Position numbers and translations under genes: made by a program. From NCBI GenBank assembly GCA_021613535.1, contig CP075494.1, positions 5,580,001 through 5,644,000 on the forward strand: 64,000 bases of DNA. Direction: 5' to 3'. A model generated the notes under the pieces. The model was given only the letters and a program-made list of their open reading frames with translations. It was not told where the DNA came from and ran no database searches. This document shows, piece by piece, positions 22,867-36,251 of this stretch. This DNA comes from Adineta vaga. Taxonomy: Eukaryota > Animalia > Rotifera. Every line of letters starts with the position of its first letter. Position 1 is the first letter of the stretch.

Positions 22867-23727
22867 ATGGCGTCAACAAAAGAACAACAACGTGTGATTC
22901 TTGTCACAGGTGCAAACAAAGGCATTGGATTTCATATTGTTAAAAGACTTCTTGAACAATCATCATCTGAGGATACAGTAATTCTACTTGGAAGTCGTGA
23001 TTTCGAACGTGGTCGAAATGCAATCGAACAATTAGGTGCCCCATCCAATGTTCATCTTCTTCAATTAGATGTCTCCTCGGTAGACAGTATCAATCAAATA
23101 GTCAATGAAATCAAAGAAAAATATGGTGGTCATTTGGATATAATTATTAATAATGCTGGTATACTCACTAATGAGATAAACGTCGATGTCGCTCGAAAAT
23201 CTTTTGCTATTCATTATTATGGTATTAAACTTTTAAATGAAAAATTATTTCCTATTATTCGAGAAAATGGACGGATTATTAATGTATCTAGTCAAGTAGG
23301 TGCCGTCGCATTGTATGAATCATCAAATGAACTTCAAGATAAATATACATCGCCATCATTAACGATAGAAGAACTTGATCAATTAGTGGAAGATTTTATT
23401 TCAGCTATCGAAACGAATACTCTGGAAGAAATTGGTTATCATAATAAAACATTTTCAGTAATATATGGTGTATCAAAGGCAGCATTGAATGCCCTGACTC
23501 GAATCGAAGCACGAAAATGGGGATCTTTAAAAAATCTCCTTGTTATCTCGGTTACTCCAGGATTTTGCGCTACTGATATGACCGAACATGCATCTAATGC
23601 TCGTTCCCCCGAATTAGGTGCAGATTCGATTTTATATGCAGTTAATACGCCTCCACATGAACTACACAATGGCGGATTCTATCGTGATGGGAAACAACTA
23701 CTACTCATTTCCCCACCCACAACATAA
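22867..23727 (+). CDS. Carbonyl reductase-like short-chain dehydrogenase/reductase
   Basis: TGANKGIG, LDIIINNAG, NVSS, YGVSK and PGFCATDM motifs. Confidence 0.9.
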   Translation: MASTKEQQRVILVTGANKGIGFHIVKRLLEQSSSEDTVILLGSRDFERGRNAIEQLGAPSNVHLLQLDVSSVDSINQIVNEIKEKYGGHLDIIINNAGILTNEINVDVARKSFAIHYYGIKLLNEKLFPIIRENGRIINVSSQVGAVALYESSNELQDKYTSPSLTIEELDQLVEDFISAIETNTLEEIGYHNKTFSVIYGVSKAALNALTRIEARKWGSLKNLLVISVTPGFCATDMTEHASNARSPELGADSILYAVNTPPHELHNGGFYRDGKQLLLISPPTT

Positions 23728-23958
23728 GAAACTCAAGTGGAGCAAATAACCTTTTTGATTCGAATATTTGAATTATACTGTTCTTTTTTTTTTGTTTTGT
23801 TCTTTACTACTTATCTAATTTTATTCAGTTGGTCTCTTATCAAATTTGATAACTAAGAATACAAAATGATAAGTATTTTTCTGTGTTGATATCGTTTGAA
23901 AATCGTGTTCGTTATAATTATTTCTATTAAATCGTATCATATTCCTACATAAATATCA

Positions 23959-24972
23959 ATGGAAAATACAGAAACGTTGTCTTCTATTGATCCTGCACAA
24001 ATTCCAATTGGAATCGTCGGTTTAGGATTGATGGGTTGTAGTATTACTACATGTCTTCTAATAGCTGGTCATCCAGTCATAGCAACCGCACCATTACCTA
24101 TCGATCTTGAAACGGCTGAAACTCGTATCAATGATCATCTTACACAATCATACGAACAAGAAATTTGTTCAAAACAACCTACATTCTATTTGAAAAATCT
24201 GATTATCACCGAAGATCATCATCGACTTGAAGATGTGATGGTTGTCATCGAATGTACTCTCGAAGATATTTCAATTAAAAAACAAGTCTATCAAAACATC
24301 GAAAATGTAGTTAGTCATCGAACGATTATTACAAGTAATACATCAGCTATACCAATAAGTCTTCTTCAAAAAGAAACACAATTTCCTAATCGTTTTTTCG
24401 GATTACATTGGGCTGAACCATCTCATACAACACGATTTTTAGAGATTATCTGTGGTGATGATTCGGATCAAGAAAAAGCTGAATGGTTATATAAACTATC
24501 ACATCGATGGGCAAAAGAACCAACACTTGTGCGAAAAGATATTCGCGGTTTTATTACTAATCGTCTTATGTATGCTTTATATCGAGAAGCTTTCTATTTA
24601 GTTGAAAATGGTTATGCTACTGTTGATGATGTCGATCGAGCATGTCGAAATAATGCTGGTTATTGGATGACATTAGTTGGATGTTTTCGATGGATGGATC
24701 TGACTGGTGTAGCAGCTTATCATGCAGTTATGAAAGATCTATTTCCTACTCTTCATAATGGAAGTGAAGTACCAAAAATGATTGATGATCTTGTTAAAGC
24801 AGGTGGTAAAGGAATTTCGAATGCTCATGGTTTTTATGACTATACACCTGATGAAGCTCATCAATGGCGTGAAACTTTTGAAGAATTTAGTTATGAAATT
24901 CGACGATTAGCGTTGAAATATCCTGTTGATGTTGTTAAAAAGAAATTAGAAAATGAAAAAAAGGCAGACTAA
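23959..24972 (+). CDS. 3-hydroxyacyl/3-hydroxybutyryl-CoA dehydrogenase, bacterial-like, intronless
   Basis: GLGLMG, SNTSAIP, GLHW (catalytic His), LEII and GFITNRL motifs. Confidence 0.9.
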   Translation: MENTETLSSIDPAQIPIGIVGLGLMGCSITTCLLIAGHPVIATAPLPIDLETAETRINDHLTQSYEQEICSKQPTFYLKNLIITEDHHRLEDVMVVIECTLEDISIKKQVYQNIENVVSHRTIITSNTSAIPISLLQKETQFPNRFFGLHWAEPSHTTRFLEIICGDDSDQEKAEWLYKLSHRWAKEPTLVRKDIRGFITNRLMYALYREAFYLVENGYATVDDVDRACRNNAGYWMTLVGCFRWMDLTGVAAYHAVMKDLFPTLHNGSEVPKMIDDLVKAGGKGISNAHGFYDYTPDEAHQWRETFEEFSYEIRRLALKYPVDVVKKKLENEKKAD

Positions 24973-25074
24973 ATAAAATATGCATTTCATATCCGACATA
25001 TTTTGTTTTGATATTCTGTATTATTTAATAAAATATCAATATAAATCTGCATGTCTACTACTCAATCTCATTTT

Positions 25075-25094
25075 CATATATATATATATATATA
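25075..25094. repeat. (TA)n microsatellite; similar tracts at about 28354-28370, 47758-47774 and 55672-55689, (CA)n at about 25296-25309, (GATA)n at about 14177-14194
   Basis: Read directly from the sequence. Confidence 0.8.
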
Positions 25095-25318
25095 TTGCTT
25101 CACTTATATTTCAAGAGTAGCAATAAATGTTAAAACGACTTATTCATTAAGAAATTCGTCCTCGGAAAAGCAAAGACATTTATCATCGTCAAATACAGGC
25201 ACACACATATAGATTTATTCGTCATTTATCAATACCAATCTATTAGCAAACAAATATACAAAAGAAAGCGACAACAAAGAGAAAACACGCACGCGCACAC
25301 ACACACACATATATATAT

Positions 25319-27565
25319 TCATCTACAATGACACGCATCGACAATCATATTAGGTAAACGACGAATAAGATAATTATAGTCTGAACTTTTATAGAATACA
25401 TTCAATGATGAATATCGATCAGGTACACATCCAGCTTTTGGTAAATCAAGATCATTTCGAATACCTAATCGTTGAAGAAAATATTGAAGAAGTGCATGAT
25501 TTGTCATTGACTAAAGTAAAGAAAATGATTATGATTGATAAGTTCAAATGCATATTAAGTCAAATGAATTTACTTTCGTTTGACAGGAACCTGAGCATAG
25601 ATTAGCCATGAAATTTTTCGGTTCAATCATCCATGAAGCAAAACCTAAATCAGCAAAATCAATAACAAAAGGTTTAACTGAACAGGTCTCATAATCCATC
25701 GTGGGGATGGTTTCATTCCAATTAGATAAGAGTAAATTCGAATCTGTTGTTGATTGTTTACTTTGCAGAGAACGTCGTGCTCTAAAATGAACGTATATTT
25801 ATTCATTGATATTTTCACATGAATAAATACTGAATTACTAACCTGATTCGTTGATTGACATCTTTTTCAAATTGTTCGTATGTTTTCACATCTTGTTCGA
25901 AATTTTTCGGAATAAATTCTTCGAAAATATTCGGAGATTTCGAATCATTTGAATAGATAATTAAAAATGGTGTATAAACACTAAATTTTTCTAATTCAAT
26001 TATATTTCTTCGTTGAGTTGGCGTCGTTACAGTTGGTTTCAATGTAATACCAAAATATTCAGATTTTTGTGTTAATGTTAAATAAGATAATTGACGTTGA
26101 ATAATATCACCCATAGGAAAAGATTGCCAACCATAAGAATCGGATTCTAATTGTATCTGAGCAGATAATGAAGAAAGTCGATGTGAAGAATAAATTTCAT
26201 TGATAGAATAGGATATTGGCCAACGTGTTCGTCGTTTATAGAAATGCAATGAAACAGCATAGATACTTTCCGTACGACGAATGACATTTAAATCAAAGAC
26301 ATACATTGTAACATTATCGATATCAACTAGAATGAAGATGAGAAGAAGAATTAGTCTCTTTGAACATCAATGAAATATTTCTCTCAATGGACTGATAAAG
26401 AAAAAAAAGAATGTCAGATTTGCTAAATTTTTTATGACAGATGTCACAATTAACTTTCATACTTTGATTGAAGACAATATATGATAAGATAGTATTCAAG
26501 TTAAATAAAAACTAATCGCTATGATGATCCTCTATGAAGGACATCGTTGTATAGTTGACTTCTCAGATTACTTTCAATAGTCGATAAAAAAATCAAGAAA
26601 AATGAAATGAAGTGTCTTTCTTCAGTGAGTAGATTTCGATTGATAAGAGAGAAGAAAAAAAAGATTCAATATGTTATTCTTTCTTTCTTCTTCAATGACT
26701 CTACTTAAGATGATACTTGACTTCGATAGGTATGTCAATTTACTTCTTCGAAATACATACATCATTGTTTATCTCTATTATTGTTACATAGTTCTTTATA
26801 GTCAGTTAAATAAACAACAATAAAGATCTGTTTTTATTGTTTAATAGTTCAATGGAAATGATGAAGAAAGATTATGTGATCACATAGGTCAACGAGCAGA
26901 CAACAATTGATCATTATGTTCTACGGAAGAGAAACGATCCGCCTATTCATTACGTCAAATCGGATAGTTAACTTTAGAAAGAAATTGTCTCTTATTGACT
27001 AAATCTTGTTCAAAAGAAGAAAAAAATCATTCAATCAGAATCTTTTAATAACAATGCAATACTTCCTATCATGAATTAGTTGTGTTCATTGAATACATTC
27101 GGTTTTCTTTTTAGATTGCATGTTACTTTGAACTGCTCATGAAAGTAAACGTGTCTCGTCGTCTGGTTTATTTTACCATGTATATATCGATTTATGATCA
27201 TACTCAACAAAAAAAAAAGAGTGACTAAAAGCACTCAACATTTTGTTTTAATTCTAATCTAATATGACACACATTAAACTCATAAAACTAATCTTACCTA
27301 TACGTGGCGCAAGAGCTCGAATGAGATTGTAATCAGTTTGTTTAACATTTTGTTTCGCTTGCTCATATAATGTTCTCATGTAATCAATCAATGCTGCTGT
27401 TGAACTTGAATTTAATGAACTATAATACGATTTTGTTGATTGATATGAGGATGATTTATCTCCATTATATTTGACTAAATTTGATTGCAATGGAAGATCC
27501 AAAAGAACAAAAGTATTGGATAGATGAAAAATGATTAAGAAAGCCAATAAATGAATTGTTAACAT
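25319..27565 (-). CDS. BMP/TGF-beta family ligand precursor (exons 27298-27565, 25843-26326, 25574-25781, 25319-25510)
   Basis: Signal peptide and prodomain. Furin site RARR is formed across a splice. Mature domain CSVKPFVIDFADLG..WMIEP..ANLCSGSC..TNHA..CVP..PNMIVDACHCR. Confidence 0.9.
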
Positions 27566-29226
27566 GACGATAAAATTTTAATATCTTAAATTACATCTAG
27601 AATAGTGTTAAAAGAAAATATTTGATCGGAAATGAGATGACACCTGTTCAATTTTGTTAATGTATTTTAAAACTATTTATAGATTTGATCTAAAAGAAAA
27701 GAAAAGAAGTTCAACTGTTTCTTCTTTCTTGCATGATGAGAAAGTTGTCTTTGAAGAAGAAGAAGAAGAAGAGGATCATCACAGTTTAATGAGAAAAACT
27801 TTTTCTTAAGCTTCTTTTCTATTCAAAAGATCAATCTATACTTATCAACTTACAAGGTTGAAAGATTCTTTTCTGTCTACTGTTTAAATATGCATACGTT
27901 TAATGATGAAGAGAAATTTTTTCGTTTATATTTGCTAAATGGAAACCTAATCAAAACGAGCAATTTGAAGAAAAAAATTGATCGAAAACAAATTATTCTC
28001 TTGTTGAATACCTACTTCCGTGCTTGTTCATTATACCGCCAAGACGATCAATGAATGAATGAATAAATAAATGAAGAATGCATTTTTTTTCTTCTTCTTG
28101 CCGTCGTCTTTTCTCTCCATCTCTTTCGTTCTCTCTCTCTCTTTCTCTTTTTTTGAATAGGCGAAGAGAATCGGTTAATAGTCTAATGGCTTTCTTTCAC
28201 TATTGAATGATGGTGAACAGGCGCAATAATGAAGAGAGATGGTGGGTAGTTCTATGAGCCGTGATCGATGGCACGCCTCTACTTCATTTACCTGAACGGT
28301 GGGTTGGACTCACCTCTCATTTTTTTTCTTCTCTCCCTCGTTTTTTTTACATGTATATATATATATATATAAATATATTGCGTCACTTTTTCCTTTTTGA
28401 TTTGATATTAATGAACAGAAAAGAAAAACTGATTTGACTGGAGACATCGGAAGGACAACGATAGTAATGCTTCTGTATATAATTCAGGGATATCGAGATA
28501 AATCGGTTTATAACGAGGAAATGAAACGAACATTCTTTACTTTACGTCATTGTCTACCGATTAAAGTACGATTCAAGAAGAAAACTAAAAGAATATAAAT
28601 GAGATAGTATCATCATAAATAAACTAACCTGTAGAACGATATAGTTCTATATCTGGTTTGCCAAATCTATGGTACATAATGTCTTGTCAAGCGTAAAACA
28701 AGCAAGAAATGAGATGTTTTGTTTTATTTAGCTTGAAATTGAACGAAATGAAATATGTTTTGTTAAAGAACAATCAACTATTGTAAACGAAGAACGAATT
28801 AGATTTGATAAGAAGATTGTTTTTTTCTTATTTGATAGAAGAAGAAAAGTTTGATTTTGTCGAAGGTTATTTGTAAAATAATACAAATTTTGTTTGATTA
28901 TACTCTATCAACCAGAGTATTACCTGTGATTTATCTCTAGTTGGATAGATGAAAATGAATACTCTTTTGAATTTTATACAAAACATAGATAAATTGGAAA
29001 TCATTTGATTATATTTCGGTAGCATTGACCTCGAGTATTTCTCAAGAGAGATTCTTTTCTACCGATTGCAATAGAACAGTATGATTTCTTGTTAAAATAT
29101 TTATGAATTAAAAGAGTGCAACATATTGATAGGAAATGGACAGAGTCAGTTTTAGAATTATAGTAAACATAAAACGATCTTTTCTTTTTTGTATTTGATC
29201 AAAATTTAAAAAAGAAAACAACAATT

Positions 29227-29721
29227 TTAATTGGATCTCATTGACATTGTAATAATCAAATCAAGACTACAAGCTAATGTACATAAGAATCCCACAGAAA
29301 ATGCTAATGTTCTCCATGGTTGTAAACCAAATACATACGAAATGGCAAAAACTACACGAGCAAATAAATAAATTACACCATAAACAATTGTTCTAGTACA
29401 ACTTGTACCAGCTACATCATCGGAGAAAGCAGCTGTTGCTAGTAGAAGAATAAAAAAATACGGATCATTTTCACCATCATTACTAATCACTTTATTAGCT
29501 CGGACGTCTTTAGTAAATTCGGCTTGTACGGAATGTCCTGATGCTGGTTCGACAGTTTTACTTTTGAGTATTTTATCTTCAGGAGGACGACTACCTGGTA
29601 CAAATGGTCGATTTCGTGAATATGCAGCAGCAATAATCAATATAACCAAACGTCGAGCAACCATAAAGAACATAAACCATGCAAAGACAGTACCTGCTTG
29701 AATTGTATATACATCAACCAT
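29227..29721 (-). CDS. MAPEG family protein (microsomal glutathione S-transferase-like)
   Basis: 4 TM segments. NDGENDPYF and ARVVFAISY..QPWRT motifs. Confidence 0.8.
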   Translation of the reverse strand: MVDVYTIQAGTVFAWFMFFMVARRLVILIIAAAYSRNRPFVPGSRPPEDKILKSKTVEPASGHSVQAEFTKDVRANKVISNDGENDPYFFILLLATAAFSDDVAGTSCTRTIVYGVIYLFARVVFAISYVFGLQPWRTLAFSVGFLCTLACSLDLIITMSMRSN

Positions 29722-29968
29722 GATGAGCTACTGAAATTTATCAGAAAAAGAAATCCTTTTTACGACTATCGTACGATGAAATGTGATGGCTACGAATGAT
29801 TCTTTAAATCAATTTCTATCGACTTGTTATATATAAACTTCGTGCATGTTTACCGTTGCCTGATCAACAGTATAAAAAAACATGGCAATCCGGTTACATA
29901 CGTCACATCTTTTTTTTTTGAGAGTTTTCTTTTTATTCTTTTCTCTTTTTGTTTATTCTGCACATGGA

Positions 29969-29976
29969 TGACGTCA
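29969..29976. promoter_or_regulatory. Perfect CRE-like palindrome TGACGTCA in the divergent MAPEG/epoxide hydrolase intergenic region
   Basis: Sequence match only. Further ACGTCA half-sites near 29901 and 30011. Confidence 0.3.
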
Positions 29977-30424
29977 ATACATGCCAATACAATACTTTAC
30001 TGAATGAGTAACGTCATTATACAGGCGGTTTTCTTCTATTTTTGTTTATGATGATACGGCGCACGTTTTGGCGATTTCTGCTAATATCATACTGAAGAAA
30101 ATAGATCAATTGATGGATTAATGTCAGTTCTTTTATTTTCTCGTAATCCGTTGTAAAATAACAACAATGAAAATATCTTATAGAAGAAAGAAAACTTTAC
30201 CGTTTTAATACAACTGATTTTCGATTTGTATCATAGATGTCTGTAGTAAACGGTGCGTTAGTAAAGTCTATTTAAATACGACTCGTGTAACAACGAAATA
30301 AATAGGAGGATGAAAAATTAAGCTTACAACCCACACGATAAATAAGGAATAGAGAAACGATAAAAATAAATTGTATGTATTATCAAAGCATATTCAGGTG
30401 ACTTAGTAAAAAGAAACTTACCAT

Positions 30425-31387
30425 ATGACAATGTTCGAAACACAAAACTATGAAGTTGCTAGTGGTATCAATTATGAATATGTTTATATAAAAGCAAATA
30501 ATGATTCAAAAGCAACTCTTTTATTTCTTCATGGATTTCCATCTTCATTCTATTGTTGGCGTCATCAAATTAATTATTTCTCAAAACAGGGCTACGGATG
30601 TTTAGCACCTAATTTAATGGGTTATGGAAAAACCTATTCTCCATTGGATAGTAATGAATACAGAACAAAATGCATGGTGGAACATTTGATAAGTTTATTG
30701 AATCATTTAAAATTGGATAAAGTTATTGTTCTCGGACATGATTGGGGTGTTCGACCAGCAGCACGATTTGTTTTATATCATCCTGAACGTACATTAGGTT
30801 TGATCTTATTTAATGTTGGTTATCGAAAACCTGCTCAATTAGATTTACAACAAACACTTCAGTCTACTAAGAAAACTTATGGCTATGAACTTTTTGGTTA
30901 TTGGGAATTTTTCAATTCTGATGATGCTGCAAAAGTTATTGAAAATAATGCTGATCGTTTCATTGATCTCGCTTTTACAGATGATCCAAAACTATGGAAA
31001 ACTGATTTCGCTCCACTTGGTAAAGCTCGAGAATGGTTAACCAATGGTAAAACTACAAATCGAGCTTCGTATTTAACAGAAAAAGATTATGAAGTCATGC
31101 ATAAATGTTTGACTGTAGGTATACAACCAAAATTAAATTGGTATAAATCAGCGATTGATAATATCGATTGGAATGATGAAAAAGATCTTGATCCAACAAT
31201 GAAACGACCAGTTCTTTATATCGCAGGAACAAAGGATTATATCTGTGTTCCTCAAACATTTGTTAATCAAAAAGAACTGATTGCTGATTTAGAAACAGTC
31301 GAATTAGATACAAGTCATTGGACAATGGAAGAAAAACCGGATGAAGCAAATGCAATAGTTGAAAAATGGATACAAAGATTTATTTAA
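30425..31387 (+). CDS. Soluble epoxide hydrolase (alpha/beta hydrolase), fungal/bacterial-like
   Basis: LHGFP, GYG, GHDWG (Asp nucleophile), LNWYK and TSHW motifs. Confidence 0.9.
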   Translation: MTMFETQNYEVASGINYEYVYIKANNDSKATLLFLHGFPSSFYCWRHQINYFSKQGYGCLAPNLMGYGKTYSPLDSNEYRTKCMVEHLISLLNHLKLDKVIVLGHDWGVRPAARFVLYHPERTLGLILFNVGYRKPAQLDLQQTLQSTKKTYGYELFGYWEFFNSDDAAKVIENNADRFIDLAFTDDPKLWKTDFAPLGKAREWLTNGKTTNRASYLTEKDYEVMHKCLTVGIQPKLNWYKSAIDNIDWNDEKDLDPTMKRPVLYIAGTKDYICVPQTFVNQKELIADLETVELDTSHWTMEEKPDEANAIVEKWIQRFI

Positions 31388-32110
31388 ATTCTTTTAAAAA
31401 CTATTCTTTCTTTTCCTGATTATCAGCATTGATAGTTTTAAGATAAAAATAATTTTTGGAAAAGTTCTTTTATACAATACATTTGTATCTAGAAGACAAC
31501 GAATCATTTGAATTTATAATACTTCATTTCGTTTTGGATATCCAGTCTGTCGAGGCTCGGATGATTATTGTTTATCGTCTCACTTACTTTCAGACTTATA
31601 GTTTATCATTTTATCTGTTTTAAATATAACAGCAGAATAATACGCATGAGAACGTTTATTTTCTTTGAGAGGAAAAAAAGAATTTTCTTCTAATTTGTTG
31701 GAAGAACCTCGTCGAAATGATGTTTTTCTCATTTTCTATTACTAAATTAGAGATCTGATCGGAAAAAAATATGTTTTCAGAACTCATCAACTAGTAGAAA
31801 AATAGCAATATTTTCTTACAAAAAGCAACATATCCACAAGGCCATCATCATTAGACATCTATTCTATATCGTTTATTCATAAAATATCAAGCACAACAAA
31901 AAGAAAGCAAATAACAAGCATAGGTACGGTTCGTTTACAGCCATTGAGAAGAAAAAGATTCATGACGTTTCATTTTTTTTCTTTCTTTTGCGTTCTTGCT
32001 TTCAAATATTTGCTATTTTGTACGTATATGATCATTGAATGAGTAATATCCATTTTTAGAGTGTATTCATATACATAATTTGAAAAACTTTGAAGCTAAT
32101 TTCACATATT

Positions 32111-35100
32111 ATGGATTATTTTATACGAAAACAACGTCAACGATTGATCGAAGATTTACTTGAATTGTAAGTTTTAAAAAAATCTTATCGAATGATAAAT
32201 AATTGTGTTCTTTTTTACTTTTAAGACAACGTGAAGAAGATCTTCACAGACTTTATCAATCTATTACTTATAATACAAACGTATGATAAACTTATTTTAT
32301 CTAAATAATTCAAAATCTTATTGAATTATTTTCCTTAGAATTTCGAACAACAACAAATCGATTCTGATAGTGATGATTATGAACGTTATCATTATCGGGT
32401 TTGTATTTATTATAGTCGTTTGCTTTTCTCGTTCTATTTATTCTTTTCTATTATTAATTCATAGCGAAAAGAATATTGTTTGATATCAGTTATCTATCGA
32501 GATTCTCATAGTCAACGAAAAAAATCTATGGATGAAATAATCATCACACAACATAATCGAATAGTATATAAAGGTTGTTTAAAACATGGAGGTAAATCGA
32601 ATAGGATAGGAAATACGATTGATTTCCATTGAATTGTTTTGTATACACAGATCAATTTACATTCAAATCAAAACGTTATCGAAATGAATCACATATACGA
32701 TTGAAATTTTACATAAATGATGTATTAGAAGATGAAATGACAAGTTGCTGTGAACATGGATTAATTAATAGAAATAGACGAAAACATTTATTTCGTATTG
32801 AACGTATTATTGGATCCAAACCATGTTATGAGTAAAATAAAATTGATTTCTCTTTTGAAGAAAAAACTGTAAGTTTTATTTTGATTTAGATGTCGACTAG
32901 ATTATGATTCAGTGAGTCTTGATATTTAATTCAAATTATTTAGGATTATTTGTTTGTTTAGACATCATCAGGATCTCATTCATTAACAAGTTCATTCTCA
33001 AAAGTAATTATATTGATGTTGTTTTTTTTTTTTATAGAAAACCATCCCTATTTTATTCTTTAGTATAATAGTTGTCCAGCATGTCATCGATCATCAAGTA
33101 CTTTATCTGAAGGTATTGTTCTTCTTTTCATTCGATTTTTCATCATATAATTTAGATCAATCCGATGCATCCAAATCAAAGGTTAGAATTTTGAATTGAA
33201 ATTCAACGGAAAACATTTGTCTTTCGTAGAAAAAACAATCACGACTTACCCTTCCAAAACTGTCGAATAGAAAAGCTTGTAAGTTTATAAACTTAATCTT
33301 CATTCAATTCTTTGAGTATACTTTTTTTCCTTTAGCAAGTGAAGGTTTTATCGCTAATATCAATGATATCGTCGAAAATGATACATATCTTCGCAAGAAA
33401 GAACAAAAATCTGATGAAGATCTAACTGATACTTCAACTGTAGAATCACCATCCCCATCTAAACGAACATATGGTATAAATCCTTCTAACAAATTATAAA
33501 TATTTTATAATTTCACAAAGGTCCTCCACAATTATCCATGATGTCTGCTTCCGATGCACATGACGATTCACCAGTACCTTCAGTCCATGAACAACCATTT
33601 AATTCATCACAAACTAATGAACAAAATTCAGGTTTGAGAAACATTTTCTAGAGAAGGAAAGTTCTAATTTTTTTTTCGTTCGTTCAGTTTCTCAATCTAA
33701 TTCACGACGAACTATACAACGACTTGAATCTATTCCATCACGAGCTGAAAGTAATGCAGATGAACAAACAGTTTCCTTATCGCTCAATCATTCTAATGAA
33801 ATTGCTATTGCTAATGATGCAACGCAATTATTATTAGCTCGACTAGGAATTTTACGACGTTAGTAACTTCTTCTGTCTTTTATTAATCAAAAATCTTCTT
33901 GTATTTCAGAACAACAAGTTGAACGTCCTGAAGTATCAACGAATGTAACTATTCGAGAAAAAGGTAATGTAGAATATTTCACTCTAGTCTATCTTCATTC
34001 AACATATCCCGATGATGGAACTATACGACGACTTCGAAGTTTGGTGAATTTCTTAAAAATTTTCAATGATATCGATGATTGTGTGGCATTTATAAATAGT
34101 ATTGTTTTCGAAAAGATCATTCTTATTCTTTCAAATATGTTCTGTGAATCGATTCTTTCACGAATCGAAGAACTTCAACAAATTTATACCATTTATGTTT
34201 TACATGATACAGAAGGTGTTATTGATTTTTCCTCAACACAATCGAAAATTCAAGGTTTCTATACTAATATCAATGATATTTATAATGAAATGACAATAAA
34301 TATGAATAAAATCTCACGAGATTTAATCACTTATTTCAATGCGTCATCAAATGCAGTGACACTCGATTCTATGTTTGTATATTATCACTTATTAATAGAA
34401 ATTATACTTGATAAAAATGAAACGAGCAATGGTTTCAAAGAATTAATTGATTTTGCACGAGAAGAATATGAAGGTAATGAAATTGAATTAACAATTATCG
34501 ATGAATTTGAAAATGCTTATCAGTCAAATAAAGCAATTTATTGGTTTACAAGAAAATGTTTTCTATCAAAAGTAAAATTCACTTCTTCTTCTTCTTCTTC
34601 TAAAATTCTTTTCGACAAATTTCTTCTTTAGATGATTAATAAAGCATTACGTATTCCTGAAGCTGATGTTCTATATAAACTACGTGTCTTTATTCAAGAT
34701 CTATATGAACAATTGATAGAAGAAGCAACAAATAGTTCTCTAACAGTTTATTTTGCACAAACAATTCAACGAAGTGATTTAGATGATTTACATAAGAATA
34801 TTTTAAGCAGTAATCTAATCATTCTTCCACAATTTCTATTCGGTTCAACAGATCGAACACGAGCTATACGTATTGCTCATGATATTCCACGTTTAACTGC
34901 TGATTTCGTTCCACTTATCATCTGTATAAATATTCCTGACGGTTTCAAATGTGCTAATCTTCATTCTCATCGATATGAAATCGATGAAGATAATGATGTG
35001 TTATTAAATATGAATACTATGGGACGTTTAACACAAATTGACAAAGAACATACGAATGAAGATCATATTGCTTATATTTATGTAACTGTAGTTAAATGTG

Positions 35101-36251
35101 AACATCAACAACAAGTACAACAAATACTTGATGTGAAACGAACAGAAATGAAAAGTTTTTCACCATTTGCTACATTAATTAAATTAATGATAGCAATGAA
35201 TCAACAAACATCTGCCGAAAATTTTACAGTTTCCATGTATAAAAATCCATTTCTACGTGATAATACAAATATTCAAAGTTCAATTGCTGCTTGTCTACAT
35301 GTTCTTGCAACAAATTATCGAAATCAAGAAGATTTTCATCGTGCTGTTCATTTATATCTTCTATCATTACAAGCATTTCTTCGTGTTATTCCACCAAATG
35401 CTCTTGAATTATCTACATTGTATATAAATATCGCAACTATGTATTTTCGTATTGATAATTATGAAAAAGCACTTGATTATTATCAGAAAGGTCTTGATAT
35501 ACATCTTCATTCGAATTCACCAGATCTTTATTCGATAAGTAATTGTACGAATAGTATTGGAATTGTTTATCTTAAACAAGAACGATATGAAGATGCAATC
35601 AAATCATTTGAACGAACTTTAAAAATTCTTCATCAAATTCCTGATTCACATGAAAGTGAACTTGCATTAACTTATGATAATATCGGAGATGCTTATCTTG
35701 CCTATGGTAAATATGATGAAGCATTAAATCATTATACAAAATCATTAAATATTCAAGAACAGATTAGTCCAAAAAATCCTCAAACATTAGGCACATCTTA
35801 TCATACAATTGGAAATATTTATTTAAAACTTGGCCGATGTCGAGATGCATTAGTTCATTTAAAACGTGCTTTAGAATATCAACAACAATATTTACCTTTA
35901 GTTCATCCAGCCTTTGCTTTACTCTATAATAATATTGGTTTAATGCATTATCGAATTGAACAATATAATGAAGCATTACAATGTTATCATAAAAGTTTAG
36001 AAATTGCTGCTATTGCATTACCAGATAATCATTCAATGGTCGGAATAACATTGTTTAATATGGGTCTAGTCTATTCAAGTGAAGATAAATATGATGAAGC
36101 AATGGAAAGTATAGAAAAATCGACGATACAATTTTTAAAAACATTACCACCTGATCATCCAGATGTTCTAGAAAATCAATCATATATGGAATCCATTCGA
36201 CAGAAGAAAATGTTAAAAGACCTTTTTGAAGAACACACCACAACTTTTTGA
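32111..36251 (+). CDS. 15-exon gene: DUF4590/ERICH3-like N-terminus, micro-exon linker, degenerate ADP-ribosyltransferase-like domain, TPR repeats
   Basis: All 14 GT-AG junctions traced in phase. VYKGCLKHGDQFTFKSKR..SCCEH..KPCYEC. AIYWFTRKCFLSKMINKALR. About 7 TPRs of the type LYxNIGxxY. Confidence 0.75.

Noticed and set aside
34041-34631. Stop-codon readthrough between ORFs 34041-34631 and 34632-36251
   Set aside because: Explained by a phase-0 intron (34572-34631) whose acceptor is the apparent TAG.
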